A stretch of DNA of 64,000 nt, from contig JAXLZT010000001.1 in assembly GCA_046350795.1 (NCBI GenBank), forward strand, positions 181,780-245,779, written 5' to 3'. Numbering within the stretch: position 1 is the first letter of the stretch; every line of letters begins with the position of its first letter. The translations under genes were made by a program, and so were the position numbers. The notes under the pieces are model-generated. The model searched no databases, was not told the origin of the DNA, and was given only the letters and a program-made list of their open reading frames with translations. Below, piece after piece: positions 54,052 through 63,512 of this stretch. Source of the stretch: Minisyncoccota bacterium (lineage in GTDB: Bacteria; Patescibacteriota; Minisyncoccia; Phycocordibacterales; CALRHW01).

Positions 54052-54939
54052 ATGGAAAAATTAGAAATACTCATTACAGAGAGGCAAAAAGACTATGAAC
54101 TCATAGATTCAGGTAACGGACAAAAACTCGAGCGATACGGGGATTTTTTGCTTGATCGTCCAGATCCGCAGGCTCTTTGGGAAAAATTTTCGCCAAATGA
54201 ATGGATAAAAGCTGATGGCGTATTTATAAGAGACGCACAAAAAGCGTCGTGGAAAATGAAAGATGGTACTCCTGTAGAGTGGCAAATAGAGCTTGCGGGT
54301 TTACATTTTATTATTTCTCCTACAGCTTTTAAACACACGGGCGTGTTTCCAGAGCAGTCAGTCAATTGGAAATGGATTGCAGAGTCAATCAATCAAGTAA
54401 AAAATATATCACCTGAAAGAAAAATCTCCGTTCTCAATCTTTTTGGTTATACCGGCGGAGCTACCCTTGCATCCGCAAAAGCTGGTGCAGATGTCACTCA
54501 TGTGGATGGCTCAAAGAGTGCTATTGATTGGGCAAAAGAAAACGCAAAGGCTTCGGGTCTAGAGCAAGCGTCAATACGTTGGATGCTTGATGATGTGAGG
54601 AAGTTTGTGGCAAGGGAAATAAAACGTGGAAAAAGGTATGACGGAATTATTCTGGATCCACCAGCTTTTGGTCATGGTGCAAAAAAAGAGCTTTGGAAGA
54701 TAGAAGATCATTTGTTGGAACTACTTTCTATGTGTCGGCAGATTCTCAGTGAAGATCCAATATTTTTTCTACTAAACGGTTACTCTTCTGGTTATTCTGC
54801 TATTGCTTATGGAAATAATATAAAAAATTTAATGAAAGATTTTCGCGGTACTATAGAGACAGGGGAGCTTGCTATAAAAGAAAGAGCTGGTGGCCGGCTT
54901 TTGCCTTGCGGTATTTTTGCTAGATGGAAAAAGAATTAA
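54052..54939 (+). CDS. Class I SAM-dependent methyltransferase (RlmI/RlmK-like)
   Basis: DYELIDSG..KLERYG, KHTGVFPEQ, LNLFGYTGG, ILDPPAFG. Confidence 0.9.
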   Translation: MEKLEILITERQKDYELIDSGNGQKLERYGDFLLDRPDPQALWEKFSPNEWIKADGVFIRDAQKASWKMKDGTPVEWQIELAGLHFIISPTAFKHTGVFPEQSVNWKWIAESINQVKNISPERKISVLNLFGYTGGATLASAKAGADVTHVDGSKSAIDWAKENAKASGLEQASIRWMLDDVRKFVAREIKRGKRYDGIILDPPAFGHGAKKELWKIEDHLLELLSMCRQILSEDPIFFLLNGYSSGYSAIAYGNNIKNLMKDFRGTIETGELAIKERAGGRLLPCGIFARWKKN

Positions 54940-54951
54940 GGTGAAAAATAA

Positions 54952-55572
54952 ATGAATAATCTGATCATTGAACAAAATAAGAAGCTTGCATTTATGTCGG
55001 CCTTTTTTCTTGCACTTTGTATTTTTTTAGGCTACGTAGTATCAAGAGGAATTTTTTCTATTGATCAGGCTGTGCAAGACAGCGTGGTGTCTTTGAGAAA
55101 TGATTTTTTGAGCTCTATTTTTATTATCATCACAAATATTGCTAGCCCACTTTTTTTGCAAATTTATTCTATTGCTATGTTTTTGTTTTTAGTTTGTTTC
55201 AACAGACTACATGAAAGTGTAAATTTTGTTGTCTCAATGTTTGCGGGTATGGTTTCTTTTTTCGCAGTAAAGTCACTTTTTGAGATCAGTCGGCCTCTCG
55301 ACAAAATAACAAACGCAACGGGTTGGGGTTTTCCCAGCGGACACACCACACTCGCAACTATTGCCTTCTTGCTCACTATCTATTTTTGTAAAGATTTAAT
55401 AAAAAAAGACGCTTATAGAAAAATTTTTGTTGAATTTTTTGCTTTGATCATTGCGCTGATTGCTGTCAGTCGAATATATCTAGGTGCACATTTTTTAAGC
55501 GATGTTATAGGTGGTTTTTTTCTCGGTCTTGCTATAGTTCTCATTTCTGTTATTTTTGCTAGAACGAAATGA
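54952..55572 (+). CDS. PAP2-family phosphatase
   Basis: K...SRP, FPSGH, SRIYLGAHFLSDV. Confidence 0.92.
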   Translation: MNNLIIEQNKKLAFMSAFFLALCIFLGYVVSRGIFSIDQAVQDSVVSLRNDFLSSIFIIITNIASPLFLQIYSIAMFLFLVCFNRLHESVNFVVSMFAGMVSFFAVKSLFEISRPLDKITNATGWGFPSGHTTLATIAFLLTIYFCKDLIKKDAYRKIFVEFFALIIALIAVSRIYLGAHFLSDVIGGFFLGLAIVLISVIFARTK

Positions 55573-56417
55573 AAACACTTTTAGATGGCAGGGTGGCTAG
55601 GAACTCTATTGTTTTGGAGCTTAAAAATTCCATTTCTATTTTAAAAGCTAGATTAAAACTTGCTATTATTCAGGTCGGGGACAAAGAAGAATCAAATAAA
55701 TATATAAATCAGAAAAAACTTTTTGCAGAAAAAATAGGGGCCGAGGTAATACATATAAAACTTCCGGATGATTTTTTGGAAGAATCTGTGTGTGCTCAGA
55801 TTGAAAAATTAAATAAAAATGATTCTGTGCACGGTATTATTGTCCAACTTCCATTACCAAATAGATTAGACAAAAATATTATCATTCAAAAAATAGATCC
55901 GATAAAAGACGTTGATGGTCTCACCTCGATAAACACCAAGCTTCTCTGGAGCAATCAAAAAGGTCATATGCCAGCGACCGCTAGGGGTATCATCACTTTA
56001 CTTGATTACTATAATATTGAAATAAAAGGAAAACGTGTGGTGGTCGTGGGCCGATCAGAATTAGTCGGTAAACCAGCCGCACTCGCTCTATTAAACAGAG
56101 ACGCCACTGTAACAATCTGTCATCTCGCTACGTCAGATATTATGTCGGAGACAAAGAGAGCTGATATTTTGGTTGTAGCTGCTGGTGACCCAGAGTTTGT
56201 TGCCAAGGATTTTGTGAGAGAGGGACAAGTGGTAGTAGATGTGGGTATTAGTGTTTTGCCAGACAAGAGAGTGGTGGGCGATGTTAAGTTTGGTGAAGTA
56301 AGTGAGATAGTGGACGCTATTTCTCCGGTACCAGGAGGTGTGGGACCAATGACAGTGCTTTCTTTATTCCAAAATTTGTTTGATGCGTATATGATGATGG
56401 TAGATAAAGATTATTAA
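55569..56417 (+). CDS. folD: Methylenetetrahydrofolate dehydrogenase/cyclohydrolase
   Basis: GIIVQLPLP, KDVDG, GRSELVGKP, PVPGGVGPMT. Confidence 0.96.
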   Translation: MKTLLDGRVARNSIVLELKNSISILKARLKLAIIQVGDKEESNKYINQKKLFAEKIGAEVIHIKLPDDFLEESVCAQIEKLNKNDSVHGIIVQLPLPNRLDKNIIIQKIDPIKDVDGLTSINTKLLWSNQKGHMPATARGIITLLDYYNIEIKGKRVVVVGRSELVGKPAALALLNRDATVTICHLATSDIMSETKRADILVVAAGDPEFVAKDFVREGQVVVDVGISVLPDKRVVGDVKFGEVSEIVDAISPVPGGVGPMTVLSLFQNLFDAYMMMVDKDY

Positions 56418-56432
56418 TTAAAATTTAAAAAT

Positions 56433-57233
56433 ATGTTTAATGAAAATACGGTGATGGGTAAAAGAATGATCAACCTTGCTAGTGTTCTCGCTATTTTTCT
56501 CATAGTTATTTTGGGTATACATATAGTGAAGTCTCTTGGCTCAAGTGGGCACAAGGGTGGATATGGCGAAACAAAAAATACTATTGTTGTGGCTGGAAAA
56601 GGTGAAGTAATAGCTATTCCAGATATTGCAACGATTAATTTTTCTGTAGTAGAGCAGGCTACAACTGTGTCAGAGGCGCAAAATAAAGCCACTGCAAAAA
56701 TGAATAAAGCACTCGACACGCTCAAAGGTCTTGGTGTAGAAGAAAAAGATGTAAAAACTATAGACTATAGTGCATATCCTAGATATGAGTATCTAAGTCA
56801 GGTGTGTACAATGTACAGCTGTCCTCCATCAGGTACACAAAAGCTGATTGGATATGAAGTGCGACAAAGTATAATGGTAAAAATTAGAAATATTGCTGAT
56901 GCAGGTAAGATTCTTGGAAACATAGGTGAGACGGGGGTTTCTGATATTAGCGGACTCAACTTTACAGTTGACGATCAAGATGCAAAAGTACGTGAAGCAA
57001 GAAAGTCTGCTATAGATGATGCAAAAGAGCAGGCAAAACAACTCGCAAAAGATTTGGGCGTGAGACTTGGTGACATTGTAAGCTTTAATGAATCAGGTAA
57101 TTATCCTATGCCCATGTATGCGGTAAAAGATATGGCAATGGGTATGGGTGGATCTGCCGAATCTGCTCCACAACTTCCTGCAGGTGAAAGTAAAATTACA
57201 TCAAACGTAACTATTGTTTACGAGATTAAATAG
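56433..57233 (+). CDS. SIMPL (DUF541) domain protein
   Basis: VAGKGEV...PDIA, AR..AI.DAK..A..LA..LGV.LG, GES.IT.NV...Y. Confidence 0.9.
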   Translation: MFNENTVMGKRMINLASVLAIFLIVILGIHIVKSLGSSGHKGGYGETKNTIVVAGKGEVIAIPDIATINFSVVEQATTVSEAQNKATAKMNKALDTLKGLGVEEKDVKTIDYSAYPRYEYLSQVCTMYSCPPSGTQKLIGYEVRQSIMVKIRNIADAGKILGNIGETGVSDISGLNFTVDDQDAKVREARKSAIDDAKEQAKQLAKDLGVRLGDIVSFNESGNYPMPMYAVKDMAMGMGGSAESAPQLPAGESKITSNVTIVYEIK

Positions 57234-57245
57234 TTTTCAGTAAAT

Positions 57246-57296
57246 AAAATAGCTCTCTTGCTAAAGCGCTTCGCTTACTCGCTCGAGAGCTATTTT
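57246..57296. repeat. Palindromic intergenic element/terminator
   Basis: aaaatagctctc / gagagctatttt around a gcgcttcgcttactcgctc core. Confidence 0.7.
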
Positions 57297-57361
57297 GTTT
57301 GTGTCATTTACATATTCATTGGTAGGTTGTATTCTCAAGTACAGAAAGGAGGTCAAATCCC

Positions 57362-57964
57362 ATGGGAATTGATCATGAAGAAGACATGAGACGCCGGAGG
57401 GATCTCAAGAATCCTATGCATTTGTATGCATACTTGAGAAGTTTCGATGTTCCTACCACGACATGGGGTCGTGGTTCTGCAAAGACGTTTGATCATCTGC
57501 ACAGGGAAATCGTGGCAGGTGAGGCGTTTTTGGTAGAGGACGGCAAAATCCTTGTGCGTGAGATTCGGCTGGTCAAGGTGGCCGTCTTTTACAAAGCCGG
57601 GGACGGGAAGGTCTTGCAACTCTGTGAGGAGAAGCAGGTCTTTAAAAACGGACGAGTGCGTATTCGTGGCTTCAAATATATTGGTGAAAAGATGAAGCCG
57701 GGCGAGCACTCAGGTCTCGCTGCACTTCGCGCCATTGCCGAAGAGCTTGGTGTTGTCGAGGGGATTACACTTCTCGATCACAAGACGAGCAGTCCGTCAC
57801 CAGAGTTTTCAAAGTCCTACCCGGGACTGATGACTCGGATCGTCGAAGAGTCCTTTACAGTGTTTATGCCACACAACCTTTACAAGCCAGAGGGCTACAA
57901 GGAGGAACAAGAAGACAAGACGACTTACTTTGTGTGGCAAGAAGTCGAAACACCCCCGCAGTGA
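57362..57964 (+). CDS. Hypothetical NUDIX-like protein, GC-rich
   Basis: WG.G.AKT, EKMKPGE...AALRAIAEELG degenerate Nudix box, SYPGL. Confidence 0.7.
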   Translation: MGIDHEEDMRRRRDLKNPMHLYAYLRSFDVPTTTWGRGSAKTFDHLHREIVAGEAFLVEDGKILVREIRLVKVAVFYKAGDGKVLQLCEEKQVFKNGRVRIRGFKYIGEKMKPGEHSGLAALRAIAEELGVVEGITLLDHKTSSPSPEFSKSYPGLMTRIVEESFTVFMPHNLYKPEGYKEEQEDKTTYFVWQEVETPPQ

Positions 57965-58088
57965 GACTCTCGTCTTTTGGCGGGGGTTCTCATTTGACAC
58001 ATTCATTAAATAGAGTATTATTGTATCTGTAACCGCCTTCGGGCGTTTTTTCTTAGAAAAATTCAGGGCAGTAAAAACAAATAAAATT

Positions 58089-58268
58089 ATGAAAATCATC
58101 GATTATATCAAGGAAACAAAGGGTGAACTCAGACATGTGAGCTGGTCTACAAGACGCCAGACTATTGTTTATACATCTATAGTTATTTTAATTTCAGTCG
58201 GAGTAGCTTTCTTTTTAGGTTTTTTTGATTTTGTTTTTACAAACATTTTAGAAAAGTTTGTCATTTAA
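58089..58268 (+). CDS. secE: Preprotein translocase subunit SecE
   Basis: MKIIDYIKETKGELRHVSWSTR + TM; directly upstream of nusG. Confidence 0.92.
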   Translation: MKIIDYIKETKGELRHVSWSTRRQTIVYTSIVILISVGVAFFLGFFDFVFTNILEKFVI

Positions 58269-58272
58269 AAAT

Positions 58273-58818
58273 ATGTCACGACAAAAAATACAAGAAGGGC
58301 GAAATTGGTATGTGATACACACATACGCAGGATATGAAAACGCAGTGATGCGAAATCTAAAACAGCGTATCGAGTCTCTAGGAATGGAGGATAAGATTTT
58401 CAACGTAATCGTACCCACAGAAAAAAAGATAAAAATAAAAGGTGGCAAGCGCGTAGAAGAAGAAGAGAAAATTTATCCAGGATATATTCTCGTAGACATG
58501 CTTGTGACTGATGATTCTTGGTATGTAGTGAGAAACACTCCTCGTGTTACAGGATTTGTCGGCTCTGGCGTGTATCCTGTACCTATTGATAAAAAGGAGG
58601 TGGACGATCTTTTCAAGCGAATGAATGCTGATACAGCAAAGCACAATATAGATCTTGCTCCAGAAGATGCAGTCAAAATCGTTGACGGTCCATTTAAGGA
58701 TCTTGAAGGAAAGGTAAGCCTAGTAGACAACGAGCGTGGCAAGGTAAAGGTGCTGGTGGCTATGTTTGGTCGCGAGACTCCAGTCGAGCTTGATTTCTTG
58801 CAAGTAAAGAAGATTTAA
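58273..58818 (+). CDS. nusG: Transcription factor NusG
   Basis: WYVIHTYAGYE, PGYI, RNTPRVTGF, KOW, FGRETPVEL. Confidence 0.97.
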   Translation: MSRQKIQEGRNWYVIHTYAGYENAVMRNLKQRIESLGMEDKIFNVIVPTEKKIKIKGGKRVEEEEKIYPGYILVDMLVTDDSWYVVRNTPRVTGFVGSGVYPVPIDKKEVDDLFKRMNADTAKHNIDLAPEDAVKIVDGPFKDLEGKVSLVDNERGKVKVLVAMFGRETPVELDFLQVKKI

Positions 58819-58839
58819 TGTAAGGTAATTCACACATAT

Positions 58840-59262
58840 ATGGCAAAGAAAGTAACAAAAAAATTAAAGCTAGTTATCGCAGCGGGTAAAGCAAATCCGG
58901 CTCCACCTATTGGTCCGGCTCTTGGTCAGGCTGGTGTAAACATTGGAGAGTTTGTAAAGCAATTTAACGACAAGACCAAAGAGATGATGGGTGACATCGT
59001 GCCTGTAGAAATCTCTGTTTACGAAGACCGATCATTCTCTTTTGTCTTAAAAACACCTCCAGCTTCAAGTCTTATTCTAAAAGCTATCGGTGCAGAAAGG
59101 GGTAGTGGAACAAACAAGACAAAAAAGGCAGGAAAGATCAGTAAAGCAAAAATACGAGAGATTGCAGAAAAGAAAATGGTAGATCTAAACGCTCACGATC
59201 TAGATGCAGCATCAAAGATTATTGCAGGAAGCGCTAGATCAATGGGAGTAGATGTAGAGTAA
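58840..59262 (+). CDS. rplK: 50S ribosomal protein L11
   Basis: [26 protein letters not shown]. Confidence 0.97.
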   Translation: MAKKVTKKLKLVIAAGKANPAPPIGPALGQAGVNIGEFVKQFNDKTKEMMGDIVPVEISVYEDRSFSFVLKTPPASSLILKAIGAERGSGTNKTKKAGKISKAKIREIAEKKMVDLNAHDLDAASKIIAGSARSMGVDVE

Positions 59263-59265
59263 TAT

Positions 59266-59295
59266 ACAAAAAACCGCCAGAAGGCGGTTTTTTGT
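59266..59295 (+). terminator. Intrinsic terminator after rplK
   Basis: acaaaaaaccgcc-agaa-ggcggttttttgt. Confidence 0.9.
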
Positions 59296-59318
59296 TTGGT
59301 ATAATTTAAAAAATAAAT

Positions 59319-59753
59319 ATGGAAATCAATAAACCAAAAGTGGGTGTGGGTGTGATGATACTAAAAGATGGAAAGGTACTTATGACCCGTCGTAAGGGTT
59401 CTCATGGTGCGGGGGAGTATTCTTTTCCTGGGGGGCATTTGGAGTACATGGAATCTTTTGAAGAATGTGCTGTACGCGAGACCTTGGAAGAGTGCGGTCT
59501 AGAGATAAAAAATATAAAGTTTCTTTATCTTACAAACGTAAAAAAATACGCACCAAAGCATTATGTGCACATAGGTCTGGTTGCAGATTGGGCAAGTGGT
59601 GAACCAAAGACGATGGAACCAGAAAAAGCTGAGGATTGGGAGTGGTTTCCTCTAAATAAATTACCGGAAGGGCCTATGTTTGAGTTTTGTAAGCTTGCAT
59701 TTGATTCATACAAGAGTGGCCGTAAATATTACTCTTCTGAGGATGATAAATAA
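59319..59753 (+). CDS. NUDIX hydrolase (NUDT15/MutT-like)
   Basis: VGVGV, PGGHLE..ESFEECAVRETLEECG, MEPEK...WEW. Confidence 0.92.
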   Translation: MEINKPKVGVGVMILKDGKVLMTRRKGSHGAGEYSFPGGHLEYMESFEECAVRETLEECGLEIKNIKFLYLTNVKKYAPKHYVHIGLVADWASGEPKTMEPEKAEDWEWFPLNKLPEGPMFEFCKLAFDSYKSGRKYYSSEDDK

Positions 59754-59830
59754 ACCAAAAACTAAACCACAAAAATTCTATCAGCAATAGTTTTGCCTTT
59801 ATTTTTGCACTTACGTATTATGTATACAAC

Positions 59831-60940
59831 ATGAATGAGAGAAGTAGCGTAAAAAAAATCGGTGCTCTGCCATATAAATCAATTTTAAAATTGGTTAAAG
59901 GTGGTTCGATAAAAAATGTTGTACAAGAAAACATAAAGCCCGCTTCTCTCGATCTATCTATTTCAGACGAAATTTACAAAGTTGAAGGAATATTCCAGCC
60001 AAAACCAACTGAAACTGTGCGTGATGTTTTGGCCCAGATAAAAAAGAGTCGTCACAACATAAAGAAACCTCTTGAGAGGGGAAGTATATATGTTATTAGA
60101 TTAAATGAAACCCTGTCTTTACCAAAAGATATCTATGCTTTTTGCAATCCAAAGTCTACTAGCGGAAGAATAGATACTCACGTGCGTTTGATAGCAGATG
60201 GAATGCCTAGATATGATTCTCTTCAAGCTGGTTTTAGTGGAGAAATTTGGATTTCTATAATGCCACAGTCTTTTCCGATACAGGTGTATCAAGGAGTGTG
60301 TTTAAATCAGCTTAGATTTTTTAATGCTGACACTCGAATATCTGAAAAACAGCTTGTTGAAATAATGGATGAGCATAAACTTTTATGGAGTAGGAAAAAT
60401 CAAAGCCCTTATGAATATTCTGATATAAAAATCCGTGACAATGACGGCTCACTAATACTCACTATAGATTTAGAAAGTGAAGTGCTCGGTTTTGAAAGTA
60501 TATCGTCTCATACGCCTGTCGATCTTTCAAAAATATCTTTTTATAATTCCAAGAAATTTTTTAAACCAGTTAAAAAAAGAAATGGCCACTTGTATTTAAA
60601 GAAAGATTCTTTTTATATTCTCTCGACATATGAGGCTGTGCGTGTGCCTCCTCAGCTAGCGTGTGAAATGTTGCCGATGGACGAGCGCAGTGGTGATTTT
60701 CGCTCACATTATGCTGGCTTTATTGATCCGGGGTGGGGATGGGGTAAAAAAGGAGAGGGAAAGGGTCGCCCGCTTACGCTCGAAGTACGTCCTTTTGAAG
60801 ATCTAGTGGTTCGTCAGGGACAGCCAATAGGTAAGATAAGATTTGAATATATGTCTGAGTTGCCAGAAAAAGCCTACGACAGTATTTCTTCCAACTATGT
60901 AGAACAGTCCGGCCCCAAATTAGCAAAGCATTTTAAATAG
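59831..60940 (+). CDS. dcd: dCTP deaminase (long two-domain DCD type)
   Basis: PASLDL, NPKSTSGRID, LNQLRF, FRSHYAGFIDPGWG, LEVR. Confidence 0.88.
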   Translation: MNERSSVKKIGALPYKSILKLVKGGSIKNVVQENIKPASLDLSISDEIYKVEGIFQPKPTETVRDVLAQIKKSRHNIKKPLERGSIYVIRLNETLSLPKDIYAFCNPKSTSGRIDTHVRLIADGMPRYDSLQAGFSGEIWISIMPQSFPIQVYQGVCLNQLRFFNADTRISEKQLVEIMDEHKLLWSRKNQSPYEYSDIKIRDNDGSLILTIDLESEVLGFESISSHTPVDLSKISFYNSKKFFKPVKKRNGHLYLKKDSFYILSTYEAVRVPPQLACEMLPMDERSGDFRSHYAGFIDPGWGWGKKGEGKGRPLTLEVRPFEDLVVRQGQPIGKIRFEYMSELPEKAYDSISSNYVEQSGPKLAKHFK

Positions 60941-60956
60941 TTTTGTATACGCAAAA

Positions 60957-61445
60957 TTATTTCTCAAAAGTTGTAAATGTGAGTCGGAAAGGAGTTTTTT
61001 CGTCTGCTTCGTGCACGACCTCGTCTGTTTTCTTCCAGTCGGAAAAATCTTGTAATGGAAAATACACATCGCCCTCAAACTCACCATCTATAAAAGTTAG
61101 ATATATTTTATCTGCATGGGGAATAAATTCTCTGTAGATTGTTCGGCCGCCGATTATCATTACTTCTTCATTTTTTGCTAGCTCTAGAACTGGCTCGATG
61201 GAATCAAACACTGTCACATCGTTTGTGTCCAATCCCGGCTTTAGCGGTCCTTTTGAGAGTACTATATTTTTTCTGCCCGGCAATGCTTTTCCTAGGGATT
61301 CAAAAGTCACAGCTCCCATCACTATGGTTTTTCCAAGAGTTTTTTCACGGAAAAAAGCCATATCAGCAGGAAGTTTTGGCCAAGGGAGCATTATTCCATT
61401 TCCTATCAAAAAGTTTTTATCTACTCCGGCGATAAGTGTAATCAT
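60957..61445 (-). CDS. folA: Dihydrofolate reductase
   Basis: IG..LPW.LPADM.FF, MG..TFES, LPGRKN, IIGG, GDVYFP. Confidence 0.95.
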   Translation of the reverse strand: MITLIAGVDKNFLIGNGIMLPWPKLPADMAFFREKTLGKTIVMGAVTFESLGKALPGRKNIVLSKGPLKPGLDTNDVTVFDSIEPVLELAKNEEVMIIGGRTIYREFIPHADKIYLTFIDGEFEGDVYFPLQDFSDWKKTDEVVHEADEKTPFRLTFTTFEK

Positions 61446-61459
61446 TTTATTTCTTATTC

Positions 61460-62293
61460 TTATACAATCATCGGTGCTTTTATCTGCGGATGATGGTTGT
61501 AGTCTACAAGCTTGATGTCGTCCATTGTAAATTTATCTATATCTGTAACCTCGGGATTAAGCCAGAGTCTCGGTAGCTTCATTGGTTCACGAGAGAGCTG
61601 TTCTTTTACTGCGTCAAAATGCTCGTGATATATGTGCGCGTCGTTTAGTGTGAGAATACATTCGTGTGGTGTAAATCCTGTGACCTGAGCAACCATAGCG
61701 AGAAGCAGGGAATACGAAGCAATGTTGAATGGCACGCCAAGAAACATATCACAACTTCTTTGCATCATGTGTAGTGAAAGTTTCTTTTCTTCTGGGTTGG
61801 CAAAAAATTGAAATATAATGTGGCATGGTGGAAGCGCCATCTCATCGAGCTCGCCGGGGTTCCACGCGGTCACTATGAGTCGTCTGTCGTTTGGATCTGT
61901 TTTTAATTTTTCTACAACTCTTTTTATTTGATCAATTGTTGTGCCGTCTGGTTTTCTCCATTTTCTCCATTGAACGCCGTATATTCTACCGAGATCACCG
62001 GGAAATTTTGCTTTCGGTTTCCAGTAATCCGCTTCTGCGTTTGCTGTCCATATGGTTTTGTCTGTGCCGTTGAGTTCTCGTAGTCTGTTTTCGTCAGAGC
62101 TTCCTTCGAGAAACCAAAGTAGTTCACTTTTTACACCATTAAACGCAAGTTTTTTTGTGGTTACGGCAGGGAAACCCTCTTCTAGATTAAAGCGCATTTG
62201 TTTTGCAAAGAGTGCTCTGGTGACAGCGTTGCGCCCCTTTCTATCTACACCTTTTTCCATTATTTCCTTTAAAATGTCATTATAGATTTTCAT
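61460..62293 (-). CDS. thyA: Thymidylate synthase
   Basis: ELLWFL, LGRIYG.QWR, MALPPCH, QRSCDMFLGVPFN. Confidence 0.97.
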   Translation of the reverse strand: MKIYNDILKEIMEKGVDRKGRNAVTRALFAKQMRFNLEEGFPAVTTKKLAFNGVKSELLWFLEGSSDENRLRELNGTDKTIWTANAEADYWKPKAKFPGDLGRIYGVQWRKWRKPDGTTIDQIKRVVEKLKTDPNDRRLIVTAWNPGELDEMALPPCHIIFQFFANPEEKKLSLHMMQRSCDMFLGVPFNIASYSLLLAMVAQVTGFTPHECILTLNDAHIYHEHFDAVKEQLSREPMKLPRLWLNPEVTDIDKFTMDDIKLVDYNHHPQIKAPMIV

Positions 62294-62328
62294 ATAAAAA
62301 TTATATCATTTATGATAAAATGACCATA

Positions 62329-63501
62329 ATGAAAGACAAACAGATAGAAAAACTCATAAAAGCAGAGGGAAAACGTCAGAAAAGTGTTATCAATCTCATA
62401 GCTTCAGAAAACTATGTTTCCGCTGATGTGCTCACGGCGCTCGGCTCAGAGCTGACCAATAAATACGCCGAAGGATATCCCGGCAAGCGCTACTATGGCG
62501 GGCAAGCTGTAGTAGATGAAATAGAAAATGTTTGTCGCGAGCGCGCGCTCAAGCTTTTCAAACTCGCACCGAAAAATTGGCATGTAAACGTCCAGCCACT
62601 TTCTGGCTCACCGGCCAATGTGGCAGTTTACACAGCTCTCGTATCTCCACATGGAAAAATAATGGGAATGAGTCTAGATCAGGGTGGCCATCTTACGCAT
62701 GGACACAAAGTATCTGTGACAGGAAAGTTTTGGAATCAGGTCGCGTATGGTGTAGATAAAAATACAGAGAAGCTGGATTATGAAGATCTAAAAAAAATCG
62801 CACTTGAACACAAACCAAACATAATCGTCGCTGGCTTTACAGCATATCCACGCACAGTTGATTTCAAAAAGTTTCGTGAGATTGCTGATGCATGTGGCGC
62901 ATATCTCATGGTAGACATGTCACACTTTGCTGGGCTCGTTGCAGGCGGTGCATATCCAAGTCCTTTTAAATACGCAGATGTGGTGACGACAACGGTGCAC
63001 AAGACTCTTCGTGGTCCGCGTAGCGCTATGATTTTTGTGCACAAAGACGATCGCGGTCTCGACAAACTCATAGACAAAGCAGTCTTTCCGGGAATGCAAG
63101 GTGGTCCTCATCTAAATCAGATAGCAGCAGTAGCCGTCGCTCTCAAAGAAGCAGACACACCAGCTTTCAAAAAATATGCAAATCAGGTAGTAAAAAATGC
63201 AAAGATTCTCGCAGATGAATTAAAAAGACTTGGTTGGAAAATAATTTCTGACGGCACAGATAGTCACCTCATACTCGTAGACACATGGATGAACGGAAAG
63301 GGGATTTCAGGTAGCGAGGCGAGCGCGCGATTAGAAAAAGCGGGAATTATTGTAAACAAAAATACTATTCCATACGAAACACGTTCACCATTTGATCCGT
63401 CTGGTATCCGGCTTGGCACAGCGGCGGAAACCACACGAGGAGCAAAAGAAAAAGATATGAAAATTATCGCGCAGAAGATAGATAAGATTTTAAAAAAATA
63501 A
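62329..63501 (+). CDS. glyA: Serine hydroxymethyltransferase
   Basis: LIASEN, NKYAEGYPGKRYYGG, GGHLTHG, TTTVHKTLRGPR, SGIRLGT. Confidence 0.97.
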   Translation: MKDKQIEKLIKAEGKRQKSVINLIASENYVSADVLTALGSELTNKYAEGYPGKRYYGGQAVVDEIENVCRERALKLFKLAPKNWHVNVQPLSGSPANVAVYTALVSPHGKIMGMSLDQGGHLTHGHKVSVTGKFWNQVAYGVDKNTEKLDYEDLKKIALEHKPNIIVAGFTAYPRTVDFKKFREIADACGAYLMVDMSHFAGLVAGGAYPSPFKYADVVTTTVHKTLRGPRSAMIFVHKDDRGLDKLIDKAVFPGMQGGPHLNQIAAVAVALKEADTPAFKKYANQVVKNAKILADELKRLGWKIISDGTDSHLILVDTWMNGKGISGSEASARLEKAGIIVNKNTIPYETRSPFDPSGIRLGTAAETTRGAKEKDMKIIAQKIDKILKK

Positions 63502-63512
63502 CGCCGGCAAAA

